This document shows, piece by piece, positions 20,542 to 30,234 of a DNA stretch of 64,000 nucleotides (within the stretch, counting starts at the first letter, position 1; each line of letters begins with the position of its first letter). A model generated the notes under the pieces. It was not told the DNA's origin. It did no database searches and saw only the letters and a list, made by a program, of their open reading frames with translations. The position numbers were made by a program, and so were the translations under genes. Location: assembly GCA_964595645.1 (NCBI GenBank), contig CAZQQT010000005.1, positions 96,001-160,000 on the forward strand. Direction: 5' to 3'. The stretch comes from an uncultured Thermococci archaeon. GTDB lineage: Archaea > Methanobacteriota_B > Thermococci > Methanofastidiosales > B48-G16.

Positions 20542-20674
20542 ATGAGATTTGAAGAGTTGAATTTTGAAGAGGCACCAAAAATTATCACGGAACTTCTTGG
20601 AAAGAGAACTGGCAGACAAAGGAATAGGAAGAGTTGCGGAGGCTATAGAGGAGGTGGAGCGTAATGAAGGATAA
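20542..20674 (+). pseudogene. Deletion scar of a class III aminotransferase
   Basis: N-terminal MRFEELNFEEAPKIITELLG joined out of frame to C-terminal RELADKGIGRVAEAIEEVERNEG*; both resemble the ends of class III aminotransferases. Confidence 0.55.
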
Positions 20675-22040
20675 CAAAATGTACTCTGGTGCCTCACCGA
20701 TGGAGGTAAAGGAAGATCTGAAACTCCTCGTTGATTTCGAGGACGAGGGACTCACTCTCGATGAGCTTTCTTCACTTATCGAAGAGAGACTCGTTCCGCA
20801 TCTTATGCGGTATAATCTCCCTGGATTTCAATCAATGTTTAATATGGTGCCGGAGAAAGGAGCGAAGCTCGGTTCAAAGATTGCTCTTCAACATAATCAA
20901 GGAGTAACAAACTGGCAGGTATCACCAGGAGGTGCAGCGCTTGAGGAACTTTGTTGTGAGGCGCTGTGTGCCCTCTTTGGGTTTTCTTCTGGTGCTGACG
21001 CCACCTTCATGTACTCCGGTACCTATGCGAATCAAGAAGCCATCTATCTGGCGCTCCATCGGAAAGCAGAGGAACACGGATTTGATCTCGGAAAAAAAGG
21101 AATAAAAGGATTCTCAGATCCGAGTCTTCTAGCAGTAATAACCTCAAAAGATGCGCATTTCTCAGTAATCCATGCGCTTCGTATGCTGGGGCTTGGTGAG
21201 GAGAGTATTGTGTCTGTGGATCTCAATGAGAACTTTCGTATGGATCTTGATCATCTGAAAGAAACTATCGAGACGTGTAAGAATCAAGAGATTTTCTGTG
21301 TAGTTGCCACCGCTGGTACTACTTCTACAGGTGCTGTGGATCCAATAAAACCCATTGTATCTTTCTGTAAAGAAATTGGAGCATGGTTGCATGTGGACGG
21401 TGCGTATGGGCTGGCTTACAGTCTCGTTTCTGGATGGAAACATCTTTTTGAAGGAGTAACTGACGCAGACTCCGTTTGTTGGGATCCGCATAAACAGATG
21501 GGCGTTCCCATTCCATCTTCTGTACTTTTTGTCCGCCAGAAAGAAAATTTTCGAAGAATGACAGTGCACAGTCACTATTTTAACATATCTGGAGATCCTA
21601 GACCAAACCCCGGATTGAAGTCTCCTCCTTCTACACGCCCAATGTCTGCACTGCCACTGGTTGCGACTATTCGGCATCTCGGATTGAAGAAACTCATTGA
21701 GCGGCTTCAAACGCCTCTTAATGTAGTGAAAAATATAGCAGAGAAACTTAGAGAGTACAAAGATATCGAAGTGTGTCTCTCCCCGGATCTTGGCATTCTT
21801 TGTTTTCGTGTCATTCCGGAGGGAATTTCAGAAGAAAAATTGAATTATATACAACAGTATCTTTATCGTAGAGTCATGAGTGAGGGGAGACGTACTATCT
21901 CTCTCACAGAGTTGAATGGTAGAACGGTGTTACGACTTGTTGCAGTTTCTCCTTCTGTTACTGAGAAGACGTTGATAGGAACAATAGACTACGTCAGGAA
22001 CCTAGCCAAGGAGTATACAAGAAGAAAGGAGAAGAGATGA
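20664..22040 (+). CDS. Group II PLP-dependent decarboxylase (GAD/DDC family)
   Basis: SGT.AN, AHFSV, TAGTTSTGAVD, LHVDGAYG, WDPHKQM (PLP lysine). Confidence 0.9.
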   Translation: MKDNKMYSGASPMEVKEDLKLLVDFEDEGLTLDELSSLIEERLVPHLMRYNLPGFQSMFNMVPEKGAKLGSKIALQHNQGVTNWQVSPGGAALEELCCEALCALFGFSSGADATFMYSGTYANQEAIYLALHRKAEEHGFDLGKKGIKGFSDPSLLAVITSKDAHFSVIHALRMLGLGEESIVSVDLNENFRMDLDHLKETIETCKNQEIFCVVATAGTTSTGAVDPIKPIVSFCKEIGAWLHVDGAYGLAYSLVSGWKHLFEGVTDADSVCWDPHKQMGVPIPSSVLFVRQKENFRRMTVHSHYFNISGDPRPNPGLKSPPSTRPMSALPLVATIRHLGLKKLIERLQTPLNVVKNIAEKLREYKDIEVCLSPDLGILCFRVIPEGISEEKLNYIQQYLYRRVMSEGRRTISLTELNGRTVLRLVAVSPSVTEKTLIGTIDYVRNLAKEYTRRKEKR

Positions 22041-22044
22041 TCGC

Positions 22045-22695
22045 TTGAGAATATTCGTGATAAACCCCAATAGTGATCGGAGAATGACAGAGGCTATCTG
22101 TCGAACGGCAAATAGTTTCGCAGGGGATCATGAGATCATGTGTAGATCAGTGCCAGGGGCACCTACATTCATTGAAACGTATCGTGATGAAGTGGATACC
22201 GCCCCAGGAATGGTTCAATTGGTACGGGATAATGAAGACGATTACGATGCATTTATTGTTGCTTGTCATTGTGATCCTAACCTTGATCTGATGAAGGAGA
22301 TCACAAAAAAACCGGTAGTAGGTATCGGTGAGGCATCCATGAAGATAGCATCCATGTTAGGGCATCGATTTTCTGTGCTCTCATCTACTGCACACTCTGT
22401 TCCGAACAAAGAGGCTTTGATACAAAAGTATCATCTTCAGGGTCTCGTAGCTTCAGTAAGACCAGTAGAGAGCAATGAGAAAGAGAACTACTGCAAAACT
22501 GCGAGACAGGCAGTGAAAAAAGATAATGCGGAGGTAATCGTCTTGGGATGTGCAGGAATGACAGGACTGGACAGATGGCTGGAGAAACGAGTTAATGTGC
22601 CGGTGTTGGATGGTGTCGTATGTGCATTGATCATTGCTATAGGTCTCGCGAAATATGGTGTATCAACGAGTAAAGTCAGACGATATAGAGGCTGA
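22045..22695 (+). CDS. Hydantoin/allantoin racemase (Asp/Glu racemase family)
   Basis: INPNS...MT, ACHCDP, VVGIGEAS, IVLGCAGM, PVLDGV; two catalytic Cys. Confidence 0.9.
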   Translation: MRIFVINPNSDRRMTEAICRTANSFAGDHEIMCRSVPGAPTFIETYRDEVDTAPGMVQLVRDNEDDYDAFIVACHCDPNLDLMKEITKKPVVGIGEASMKIASMLGHRFSVLSSTAHSVPNKEALIQKYHLQGLVASVRPVESNEKENYCKTARQAVKKDNAEVIVLGCAGMTGLDRWLEKRVNVPVLDGVVCALIIAIGLAKYGVSTSKVRRYRG

Positions 22696-22772
22696 TCCAT
22701 TACCACAGTTGTTCAACAACCCTTACACTATTATACCAAAAAGCTTATATAGTCTCATACAGTATCCCATTT

Positions 22773-23600
22773 ATGATGCTTAGAGATCTCACCTTTTTCC
22801 AGCTCGAAATCTTAAAGGAATTAAAATTTGGGCCCAAATATGGACTGGAGCTTATAAAAACGTTAAATGTTTCTTCGGGAAGGCTCTACCCTAATTTAAA
22901 GCGTCTGGAAAAGTTGGGGCTCATAGAAGGAAAGAAACGAGATAACCGAATTTATTACTCCCTCTCAGAGGAGGGGCTTCAGGAATTTCATAACATTTTT
23001 CGCTGGATAGCAGATTATATTCTTTCCATCGGAGTGAGCATGCTGGATGATTACCTAAATTTTATTATTGGCGCTCTTGATCTTCATGAAGGCGAAAAAA
23101 TTTTTATCATGTCAAAAAAACGTCCAATGCATCCTTTTCTCATGCGCATGGGATTGCAGTTCATTCGAGAGATATTAAAAAAGGTCACCATCTCCGGAAG
23201 GATCTTCATGCTCAAGGGAACAGGAGTCCACGATGCTGATCTCCCTGACATAGAGGATGTAGATCTTTCTCCTGTGACGTTTGTGGAGGATTTTGAAGCA
23301 CTTCCAAACAATATTGTGGACAAATCATGTGTGCTGTTAATGGATCCTGATGAAGCAATCATCAAGGGATGTGAGAGGATCACACGTTCTGAAATAAAGA
23401 TCATCGGGAAGCTTTACAGTGATTTTTTCATTGAGCGATGCTTCCGGACTACACTTGATCAGATAAAACAGGAAATGATTCCTCCCTTCCTGATAGGATT
23501 TAAAAAGGAAGAACTCCTGAAAAAACTGGAAGAAATGGGGTATGAGAATGTAGGATTCTCGTCATGGGGAGGAGCCTTTGTTGCAAGCATCTCTCTTTAA
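22773..23600 (+). CDS. PadR-family regulator with C-terminal degenerate methyltransferase-like domain
   Basis: YGLELI..S.G.LYP.L.RLE..GLI...R.YY.LSEEG (PadR wHTH) plus ~190 aa extra domain. Confidence 0.8.
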   Translation: MMLRDLTFFQLEILKELKFGPKYGLELIKTLNVSSGRLYPNLKRLEKLGLIEGKKRDNRIYYSLSEEGLQEFHNIFRWIADYILSIGVSMLDDYLNFIIGALDLHEGEKIFIMSKKRPMHPFLMRMGLQFIREILKKVTISGRIFMLKGTGVHDADLPDIEDVDLSPVTFVEDFEALPNNIVDKSCVLLMDPDEAIIKGCERITRSEIKIIGKLYSDFFIERCFRTTLDQIKQEMIPPFLIGFKKEELLKKLEEMGYENVGFSSWGGAFVASISL

Positions 23601-23635
23601 GTAACATTTTTAAACCGATCCTCCAAGATGTACTG

Positions 23636-25543
23636 ATGTCATCACTGCTCGGTGTAGATGTAGGCGGGACGTTCACGGATTTTATTTTTATCAGAGATGG
23701 CAGAGTCGAGACGCTGAAAATTCCTTCTACACCGAAAAATCCTGCAGAGGCAGTGATTGAAGGAGTAGAACGGTTGGGGGGTGCAGAGAATGTTGCTCAC
23801 GGCACCACCCACGCAACGAATATTTTAATAGAAAAAAAAGGCGCAAAGATTGCACTGCTCACCACAGAGGGGTTTGAGGACGTGCTGGAAATAGGAAGAC
23901 AGAATAGGCCGGAACTTTACAATTTCTTCACAGAAAAACCAAAACCTCTCGTGGACAAAAAGGATAGATACGGTATTGAGGAAAGAATTAGTGCGGAAGG
24001 AAAAATAATAAAGCCGTTAAATGAAAAAATTCTGAAAAAAATGGATTTTAGTGAGTATGATGCGGTCACTGTGTGTTTTTTGTTTTCGTATGTGAATCCA
24101 GTACACGAAAAAGAGATAAAAAAGATACTTGATGTTCCTGTCTCACTGTCCTCTGAGGTACTCCCTGAGTTTAGAGAGTATGAGCGAATGTCTACCACTG
24201 TGGTAAACACCTACGTCATGCCTGCCATGCGTCGTTACCTTTCATTTCTTGAGGATTCGTTGGATGCGAAGCTCACTGTTATCCAGTCGAATGGGAATAC
24301 GATCTCCTCGGAAAACGCTCGAGCAGTCCCGGCGAAGACGATACTCTCCGGTCCGGCAGCTGGTGTGAGGGTCGCCATCTTCCTCGCAGAGAAGATAGGA
24401 TTTGAAAATGTTATTTCTATGGATATGGGTGGGACATCCTGCGATGTCTCACTCATCGAGAACGGAACTCCTACTCTCACGACCGAATCGATAATAGATG
24501 GATACCCTATTAAGTTCCCTTCAATAGATATCCATACCGTAGGTGCGGGTGGAGGGAGCATTGCGTGGGTGGATGAGGGGCTCTTGCGGGTTGGCCCTGA
24601 GAGTATGGGTGCAGATCCCGGTCCCGCATGTTACGATCTCGGCGGTGAGCGTCCCACTGTCACTGATGCCAACCTACTTCTGGGATACTTACCGAGAACA
24701 CTGGCTGACGGTACACCCTTAAACAAGGAGAAGAGTTTCCAGGCGATTGAGAAGTTAGGTGAGAGGCTCGATCTCGATCCAATTGAGACAGCGTGGGGCA
24801 TTCTAAAGGTAGCGGATTCCAATATGTCCAGTGCCATCAGAGTCGTCTCTGTACAGAAGGGTCACGATCCCCGAGATTTTTCCCTTTTTGTGTTTGGAGG
24901 TGCCGGACCATTACATTCAGGGAGAATTGCAGAGGATCTCGGTATCACTACAGTACTGATTCCCCAACATTCCGGTGTGCTCTCAGCCCTTGGCACCCTC
25001 GTCTCTACGCCTGCCTGCGATTTCGTTCGGTCTGTCGTCACACCATTGAGGGAGAGCGATTCGAAGGAACTGGAGGAGTATTATGAACAAATGGAAGAGG
25101 AGGGAACGTCGATTGTAGAAAATGTGGAGCGAATAGAGCTTTCCATGGATTTACGATACAAAGGACAGAGTTATGAGATTAAAGTTCCTGTGCAATCCTT
25201 CAATTTCGATGAAATAGAAAATAATTTTCATAGAGCACATAAAAAGCTCTACGGATACACGAGTGAGGAAGTGGAGCTTGTCAACCTCAGAAGTAAAGTA
25301 TTTGGAGAAAAACCTTCTATAGAGCTAAAGAAGGCTGAGAAAAAGAAACTGGAGAGCTACAGACGAGAAGCGTACTTTGGAGAGATGAAGAAAGTTCCGG
25401 TGTACCAATATGGAACACTTTCCCCCGAGATGACGGTAGAGGGCCCCTGCGTGATAGAAGGTACTGAAACAACAGTGCTGGTCCGTCCGCACGAGATGGT
25501 CCGTGTCGATCCGTATCTCAACCTTATTTTGAGGAGGCGGTAG
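23636..25543 (+). CDS. hyuA: ATP-dependent hydantoinase/5-oxoprolinase subunit A
   Basis: GVDVGGTFTD, HGTT..TN, EFREYER.STT, SGPAAG, DMGGTS.DV, GAGGGSI, FGGAGPLH. Confidence 0.92.
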   Translation: MSSLLGVDVGGTFTDFIFIRDGRVETLKIPSTPKNPAEAVIEGVERLGGAENVAHGTTHATNILIEKKGAKIALLTTEGFEDVLEIGRQNRPELYNFFTEKPKPLVDKKDRYGIEERISAEGKIIKPLNEKILKKMDFSEYDAVTVCFLFSYVNPVHEKEIKKILDVPVSLSSEVLPEFREYERMSTTVVNTYVMPAMRRYLSFLEDSLDAKLTVIQSNGNTISSENARAVPAKTILSGPAAGVRVAIFLAEKIGFENVISMDMGGTSCDVSLIENGTPTLTTESIIDGYPIKFPSIDIHTVGAGGGSIAWVDEGLLRVGPESMGADPGPACYDLGGERPTVTDANLLLGYLPRTLADGTPLNKEKSFQAIEKLGERLDLDPIETAWGILKVADSNMSSAIRVVSVQKGHDPRDFSLFVFGGAGPLHSGRIAEDLGITTVLIPQHSGVLSALGTLVSTPACDFVRSVVTPLRESDSKELEEYYEQMEEEGTSIVENVERIELSMDLRYKGQSYEIKVPVQSFNFDEIENNFHRAHKKLYGYTSEEVELVNLRSKVFGEKPSIELKKAEKKKLESYRREAYFGEMKKVPVYQYGTLSPEMTVEGPCVIEGTETTVLVRPHEMVRVDPYLNLILRRR

Positions 25544-25544
25544 G

Positions 25545-27071
25545 ATGGATCCCATTACTCTCGAAATTGTGAAAAACAAGCTGGTGGGCATTACGGAGGA
25601 AATGGGTGCGTCACTGGTAAGAACGGCATACTCTCCGAACATTAAGGAGAGACGAGATTGTTCATGTGCAATATTTGACAGACACGGCAGATTGATGGCT
25701 CAGGCGGAGCATATACCCGTCCATCTTGGTGCTATGCCTTTTGCAGTTAATAGCATTATGAACAAGGAGTTTAATGAGGGGGATATATTCATCTTAAACG
25801 ATCCATATCTCGGCGGAACACACCTTCCGGATATCACGCTTGTCTCTCCTGTATTCGAGAAAGAGCTCATCGGATTCGCTGTCAGCCGTGCACACCATGC
25901 CGATGTCGGAGGAAAAACACCCGGAAGTATGCCGTCGGATTCTAAAGAGATCTACGAAGAGGGAATCATTATCCCTCCAATCAAGATCGTCTCAGAAGGG
26001 ACCATTCAGCAAGATGTGATGGATCTTATCTTGAGCAACGTGAGGACAGAAAAGGAGCGGAGAGGGGATATCAAGGCGCAAATAGCAGCGAATACTATTG
26101 GAACCACGAGATTCCGAGAACTTTATAGGGCGTATTCCTCCTTCGATGCGTACGTAGAAGAAGTTCTCCGGTATTCAGAACGGATCATACGAAAAGAACT
26201 ATCTAAAATGCCCAAAATGAAAGTCAAGAGTCAGGATTACCTCGAATGGGACGAAAAGATAGCGATAAAGGTAGAACTGGAGAAAAAGAACGATGAACTC
26301 TACATTGATTTTTCTGGGACGGCAGAAGACATTCCAGGAAATTTAAACTCTGTAGAGTCAATTACTCTTTCTGCAGTGTACTATACGCTTGTAGGGCTGA
26401 TACAGCGGGATCTCATGATAAATGAGGGGTGTTACAGACCGTTGTACGTGACCGTTCCGGAAAAAACGATTGTGAATGCACAGAAACCCCGGGCACTTGT
26501 AGCAGGTAACGTCGAGACCTCGCAGAGGATTGTGGACGTTCTCATGAATGCTTTTTCACAGATAGTACCCGAAAGAGTAATCGCACAATCGCAGGGGACC
26601 ATGAACAATATAATCATTGGTGGGAGCTACAACGGCGAGAATTTTACGTACTATGAGACGATAGGAGGGGGTATGGGTGCATCCTCCTCGAAGGACGGTG
26701 AGAGTGGTGTTCACTCCCATATGACGAATACGCTCAACACACCTATCGAGGCGCTGGAAACAGAGTATCCTCTCTACGTTCGACGGTACGCTCTCCGTGG
26801 GGGATCAGGGGGTCCGGGTGGTCATAGAGGGGGCGATGGGATCATCAAAGAGATTCAAGTACTGACCGACTGCACAATGTCAATTATCTCGGAACGAAGA
26901 AAGATAGCACCTACTGGTCTTTTTGGAGGATTGGATGGAAAAAAGGGGGTGAATCTCCTGAACGGTGAAGAAATTCCCGGAAAATGCACACTAAACTTAA
27001 AAAAGGGAGATATAATCACAATAAAGACTCCGGGAGGGGGAGGGTACGGGAAGATGGGTGGTGTTACATAA
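25545..27071 (+). CDS. hyuB: Hydantoinase B / oxoprolinase subunit B
   Basis: MDPITLE, RTAYSPNIKERRD.S, NDPYLGGTHLPD, HHADVGG, QGTMNN, TPGGGGYG. Confidence 0.93.
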   Translation: MDPITLEIVKNKLVGITEEMGASLVRTAYSPNIKERRDCSCAIFDRHGRLMAQAEHIPVHLGAMPFAVNSIMNKEFNEGDIFILNDPYLGGTHLPDITLVSPVFEKELIGFAVSRAHHADVGGKTPGSMPSDSKEIYEEGIIIPPIKIVSEGTIQQDVMDLILSNVRTEKERRGDIKAQIAANTIGTTRFRELYRAYSSFDAYVEEVLRYSERIIRKELSKMPKMKVKSQDYLEWDEKIAIKVELEKKNDELYIDFSGTAEDIPGNLNSVESITLSAVYYTLVGLIQRDLMINEGCYRPLYVTVPEKTIVNAQKPRALVAGNVETSQRIVDVLMNAFSQIVPERVIAQSQGTMNNIIIGGSYNGENFTYYETIGGGMGASSSKDGESGVHSHMTNTLNTPIEALETEYPLYVRRYALRGGSGGPGGHRGGDGIIKEIQVLTDCTMSIISERRKIAPTGLFGGLDGKKGVNLLNGEEIPGKCTLNLKKGDIITIKTPGGGGYGKMGGVT

Positions 27072-27123
27072 TACATTTATTTCCTCTAATCTGTCAGCCT
27101 CACAGAGCAATAACTTTATATAG

Positions 27124-27141
27124 CTGTGTATGCATACACAG
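27124..27141. promoter_or_regulatory. Perfect 18-bp palindromic operator of the vapBC module
   Basis: CTGTGTATGCATACACAG lies between a TTTATATA box (~27115-27122) and the vapB ATG. Confidence 0.75.
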
Positions 27142-27145
27142 TTAC

Positions 27146-27364
27146 ATGGGAACAAAGACAATATCTATAAAGGAAAGCGTGTACGAGATCCTCAAACGAT
27201 CGAAAAGAGAAAACGAGAGCTTCAGTGATGTCATAGAGAGATTAGCGAGGAAAAAAAATATAGACTTAATGAGTTTTTTTGGGGAACTAAAGGGCAAAGA
27301 AGTGTTGGATGCTATAGAAGAGGATTCCAAGAAAATAAGAGAACTCTCAAAAGTGAGATCATGA
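27146..27364 (+). CDS. vapB: VapB-type antitoxin (DUF217-like)
   Basis: MGTKTISIKESVYE.LK..KRENESFSDVI.RL; ATGA overlap with the PIN gene. Confidence 0.88.
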   Translation: MGTKTISIKESVYEILKRSKRENESFSDVIERLARKKNIDLMSFFGELKGKEVLDAIEEDSKKIRELSKVRS

Positions 27365-27747
27365 TAGTCTTGGATACAAGTTTTCTCATTGATTTTTTTC
27401 GAGGGGAAGAAGGAACGTTACGCGTTTTCACCGACACGGAGATGACAACCACTGTGATTACATACTACGAAATCTTCTCCGGTGTATTTCACAAAGGAGC
27501 GAAAAGAGAAGAGAAATTTTTTAGAAGATTTTTTTCCGAGATACGGATCTTAAACTTGGATGCACGTGCAGCCGAGCACTCCAGTGAGATAATGGCAAGA
27601 CTCCTCAAGATGGGCGTTTCGGTAAACGCACTTGACGTACTTATTGCCGGTATCGCAGTAACTCATGGGGCAAAGACCGTAGTATCGAAAGATACGGATT
27701 TTTTGGAGATATCGAAGGTGACGGATTTGGACGTGAGTATCTACTGA
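27361..27747 (+). CDS. vapC: VapC PIN-domain toxin
   Basis: IVLDTSFLID, YEI, D.LIAG.A, VSKDTDF acidic PIN residues. Confidence 0.92.
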   Translation: MIVLDTSFLIDFFRGEEGTLRVFTDTEMTTTVITYYEIFSGVFHKGAKREEKFFRRFFSEIRILNLDARAAEHSSEIMARLLKMGVSVNALDVLIAGIAVTHGAKTVVSKDTDFLEISKVTDLDVSIY

Positions 27748-27786
27748 GAGGAAAGCTGATCCGTACAGTGAGCAGTATTCTTTGAG

Positions 27787-28986
27787 GTGCCTGTAACAAC
27801 CGAAAAGCAGCTTTTTTATGGGATATATACAGCATCTGGGAGATCTTTATATCTAAATTCTAAATACATAAATCTAAAAAATAACACAATTGCAGTTTAT
27901 ACTGCGAAGAAATCGTATCTTCCCGGAGAGACGGTAACTGTTTTTGTTGAAACAGGGACAGAAGGTACTCTGCACATTGAAGCTCCTGAGTATTCAGAGG
28001 ATTTTGATATAAATGGAAACATGAATTTCAGTTTTACAGCGCCAGATCTACCGTCTGGTAGTTATCCTATAAGGTACACTTTTACTTGTCCCGGTAAAGA
28101 GACAAAGGGAATATGTTACTTTGATATAGAGGGACTCGATATAAAGATACGTGAGTTGCAATTGAAAAAAAGAGATTACAAGCCTTTGGACACACTGAAA
28201 ATACATTCAAGTATCTATTCTAACCGCTCGTTTAATGCTACGTTTTCGTTTGAGCTCTACGATTTCAGCAATGAACAGATAGAAAAAATAGAGACGGAAA
28301 GAGTTTTAGATGTAGGTGAGAACACCCTTTCTTTCAAGATACCGTTCTCAACTCCTTCCTCAGGAATACACAAACTTCTTTATGAGATAGGGGATTTCTA
28401 TGGCACAGAGTACTTTGATGTCCGAGGACCTATTATCTATTCTATTACTACAAGTAAAGGTGTATATACTCCAGGAGAAGAAAAGTATGTCACTATAGAA
28501 ACGAGAGGGGAAGATATGGTACGAATATATTTAGATGGGAATGCGATATATGAAGGTTATGTAGATTCAGACGAATTAGTAGTTCCTTTATATACTGCCA
28601 GTGAAGGATTTCATAGTGTAAAAGCTAAAATTGTCTCGAACATTTCAAATGAAAAAAAAGTTGGTTTTTTTGTTTTTAAAACGTCAAAATCTGAGTCTCC
28701 AGAACGTTCAGAAACGTTCACTGCAAACCCTCTAGCTTATAAGTCCTTGGCCGAAGCAACGTTATCGAAGATTAATCAGGAGATGTTAGTAGTGGAAGGC
28801 CTTATTGAAGTTAAAAAGGATGAACTCGATCTAGAAAATATAGAAAAAACGTTAACTACGATTAAAACTTATATAGCCGAAGGAAAAAAGGCGATGGACT
28901 CTAGAAATTATATAACAGCCAATAGTAAGTTTAATACAGCACTTGACGAGATAGTGGAACTGGAAGACTATCTAATAAATGTATAA
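27787..28986 (+). CDS. Beta-rich (Ig-like) surface-protein-like ORF, probably 5'-truncated
   Basis: Repeated Y.PGE.V modules and a helical C-terminus; no signal peptide or clear SD; in-frame stops just upstream. Confidence 0.55.
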   Translation: MPVTTEKQLFYGIYTASGRSLYLNSKYINLKNNTIAVYTAKKSYLPGETVTVFVETGTEGTLHIEAPEYSEDFDINGNMNFSFTAPDLPSGSYPIRYTFTCPGKETKGICYFDIEGLDIKIRELQLKKRDYKPLDTLKIHSSIYSNRSFNATFSFELYDFSNEQIEKIETERVLDVGENTLSFKIPFSTPSSGIHKLLYEIGDFYGTEYFDVRGPIIYSITTSKGVYTPGEEKYVTIETRGEDMVRIYLDGNAIYEGYVDSDELVVPLYTASEGFHSVKAKIVSNISNEKKVGFFVFKTSKSESPERSETFTANPLAYKSLAEATLSKINQEMLVVEGLIEVKKDELDLENIEKTLTTIKTYIAEGKKAMDSRNYITANSKFNTALDEIVELEDYLINV

Positions 28987-29030
28987 ACCCTGATCCAAAC
29001 CTATATTAACCGACGTTCAGAACACCCTTT

Positions 29031-29831
29031 ATGCGAATCGGTGCTCATGTATCAATAAGAGGAGGACTTCCAACGATTTTTGATAGTATTAAATCACTCG
29101 GCGGTAACTGCTGCCAGATATTTTCCCATTCACCGAGAACGTGGCGATTCAAGGATGTGGAGGAGAGGGATATTGAAACATTTAAAGAACGGTACAAAGG
29201 AGAGGATATTGTGCCTATAGTAGTGCATAACTCCTACCTGGTGAATCTCGCCTCCCCTAAACGAGATCTCCATAAAAAATCAATGGATAATATGCGTCAG
29301 GAGTTTGAGACTGCAGAGATTCTCGGCATTGATTATGTGAATATCCATCCTGGATCGCATGACGATACAAAAGAGGGGATAAACAGGATAATTGAGTCAC
29401 TTAACACCATGGATACTGATGCCTACTTGCTCCTCGAGAACACAGCCGATAAAATAGGGGGTGAATTTGATCATCTGGCGTATATTATGGATCACATAAG
29501 AATTACCTGCGGTGTGACACTGGACACGTGCCACGCATACGACGCAGGACATGATATCGTCAACAACCTCGACAATGTACTGGATGAGTTTGATAATACT
29601 GTGGGGTTGAAGAACCTAAAACTGATACATCTCAACGATTCGAAGCATGGACTCGGCTCGAAACGGGATAGACATGAGCACATTGGTCTCGGTGAGATAG
29701 GGAAAGAAGGATTCAGGAATTTTATCAATCACCCAAAGCTGAGAGAGATCCCGATGATCCTTGAAACGCCAAAAGATGAACGTCGTGGATTTAAGGAGAA
29801 CATTGCAGTAGTGAAGGACTTGATTGAATAG
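29031..29831 (+). CDS. nfo: Endonuclease IV
   Basis: IGAHVSI, QIF..SPR.W, H.SYL.NLAS, HPGS, LLENTA, DTCH, HLNDSK..GS..DRHE.IG, ILETP. Confidence 0.95.
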   Translation: MRIGAHVSIRGGLPTIFDSIKSLGGNCCQIFSHSPRTWRFKDVEERDIETFKERYKGEDIVPIVVHNSYLVNLASPKRDLHKKSMDNMRQEFETAEILGIDYVNIHPGSHDDTKEGINRIIESLNTMDTDAYLLLENTADKIGGEFDHLAYIMDHIRITCGVTLDTCHAYDAGHDIVNNLDNVLDEFDNTVGLKNLKLIHLNDSKHGLGSKRDRHEHIGLGEIGKEGFRNFINHPKLREIPMILETPKDERRGFKENIAVVKDLIE

Positions 29832-29887
29832 TTATTTATTGCCACACGCTGATTTTTCAGCTCACGGTTTTTACAGGAAGGAGTAAC

Positions 29888-29895
29888 TTTATATA
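29888..29895 (+). promoter_or_regulatory. TATA box of the SRP RNA gene
   Basis: TTTATATA about 25 nt upstream of the predicted RNA 5' end. Confidence 0.6.
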
Positions 29896-29917
29896 TTCTC
29901 AGCTGTATAATTCCACT

Positions 29918-30222
29918 GGCTAGACCGGGAGGTTAGGCGTCTCCTGTCACCTAAGATCGTCTAGAGGTAGGGGTCGAAGTCCGAAGAGCGAGAGATAAAT
30001 CCAGTGGGAAGAGCTGCCTACGCCGATGAGATCCTGTCTCTCTTGATCGGCGTGGGGAGGGCCTCTTCTGGAGGGAAGAGGCTACTCCCCTAACTTCTGA
30101 ACCCCGTGAGGCCCGGAAGGGAACAACGGTAGGGAGGATGTCCGATGCTTGAGAGGTCGCAGGATTGAGAACGGGGCAGTTTCGACCCGTTGGAGGAGTC
30201 TTTCCATCTTCGGGCGTGCCAT
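29918..30222 (+). ncRNA. ffs: Archaeal signal recognition particle (7S) RNA
   Basis: ~300 nt GC-rich intergenic segment; Alu-like 5' end GGCTAGACCGGGAGGTTAGGCGTCTCCTG; helix 6 GCCTCTTCTGGAGGGAAGAGGC; helix 8 AGGCCCGGAAGGGA with GGAA tetraloop; ends approximate. Confidence 0.92.
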
Positions 30223-30234
30223 TCATCATTGAAC

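Noticed and set aside
29951-30229. 92-aa minus-strand ORF
   Set aside because: It is the antisense of the SRP RNA.
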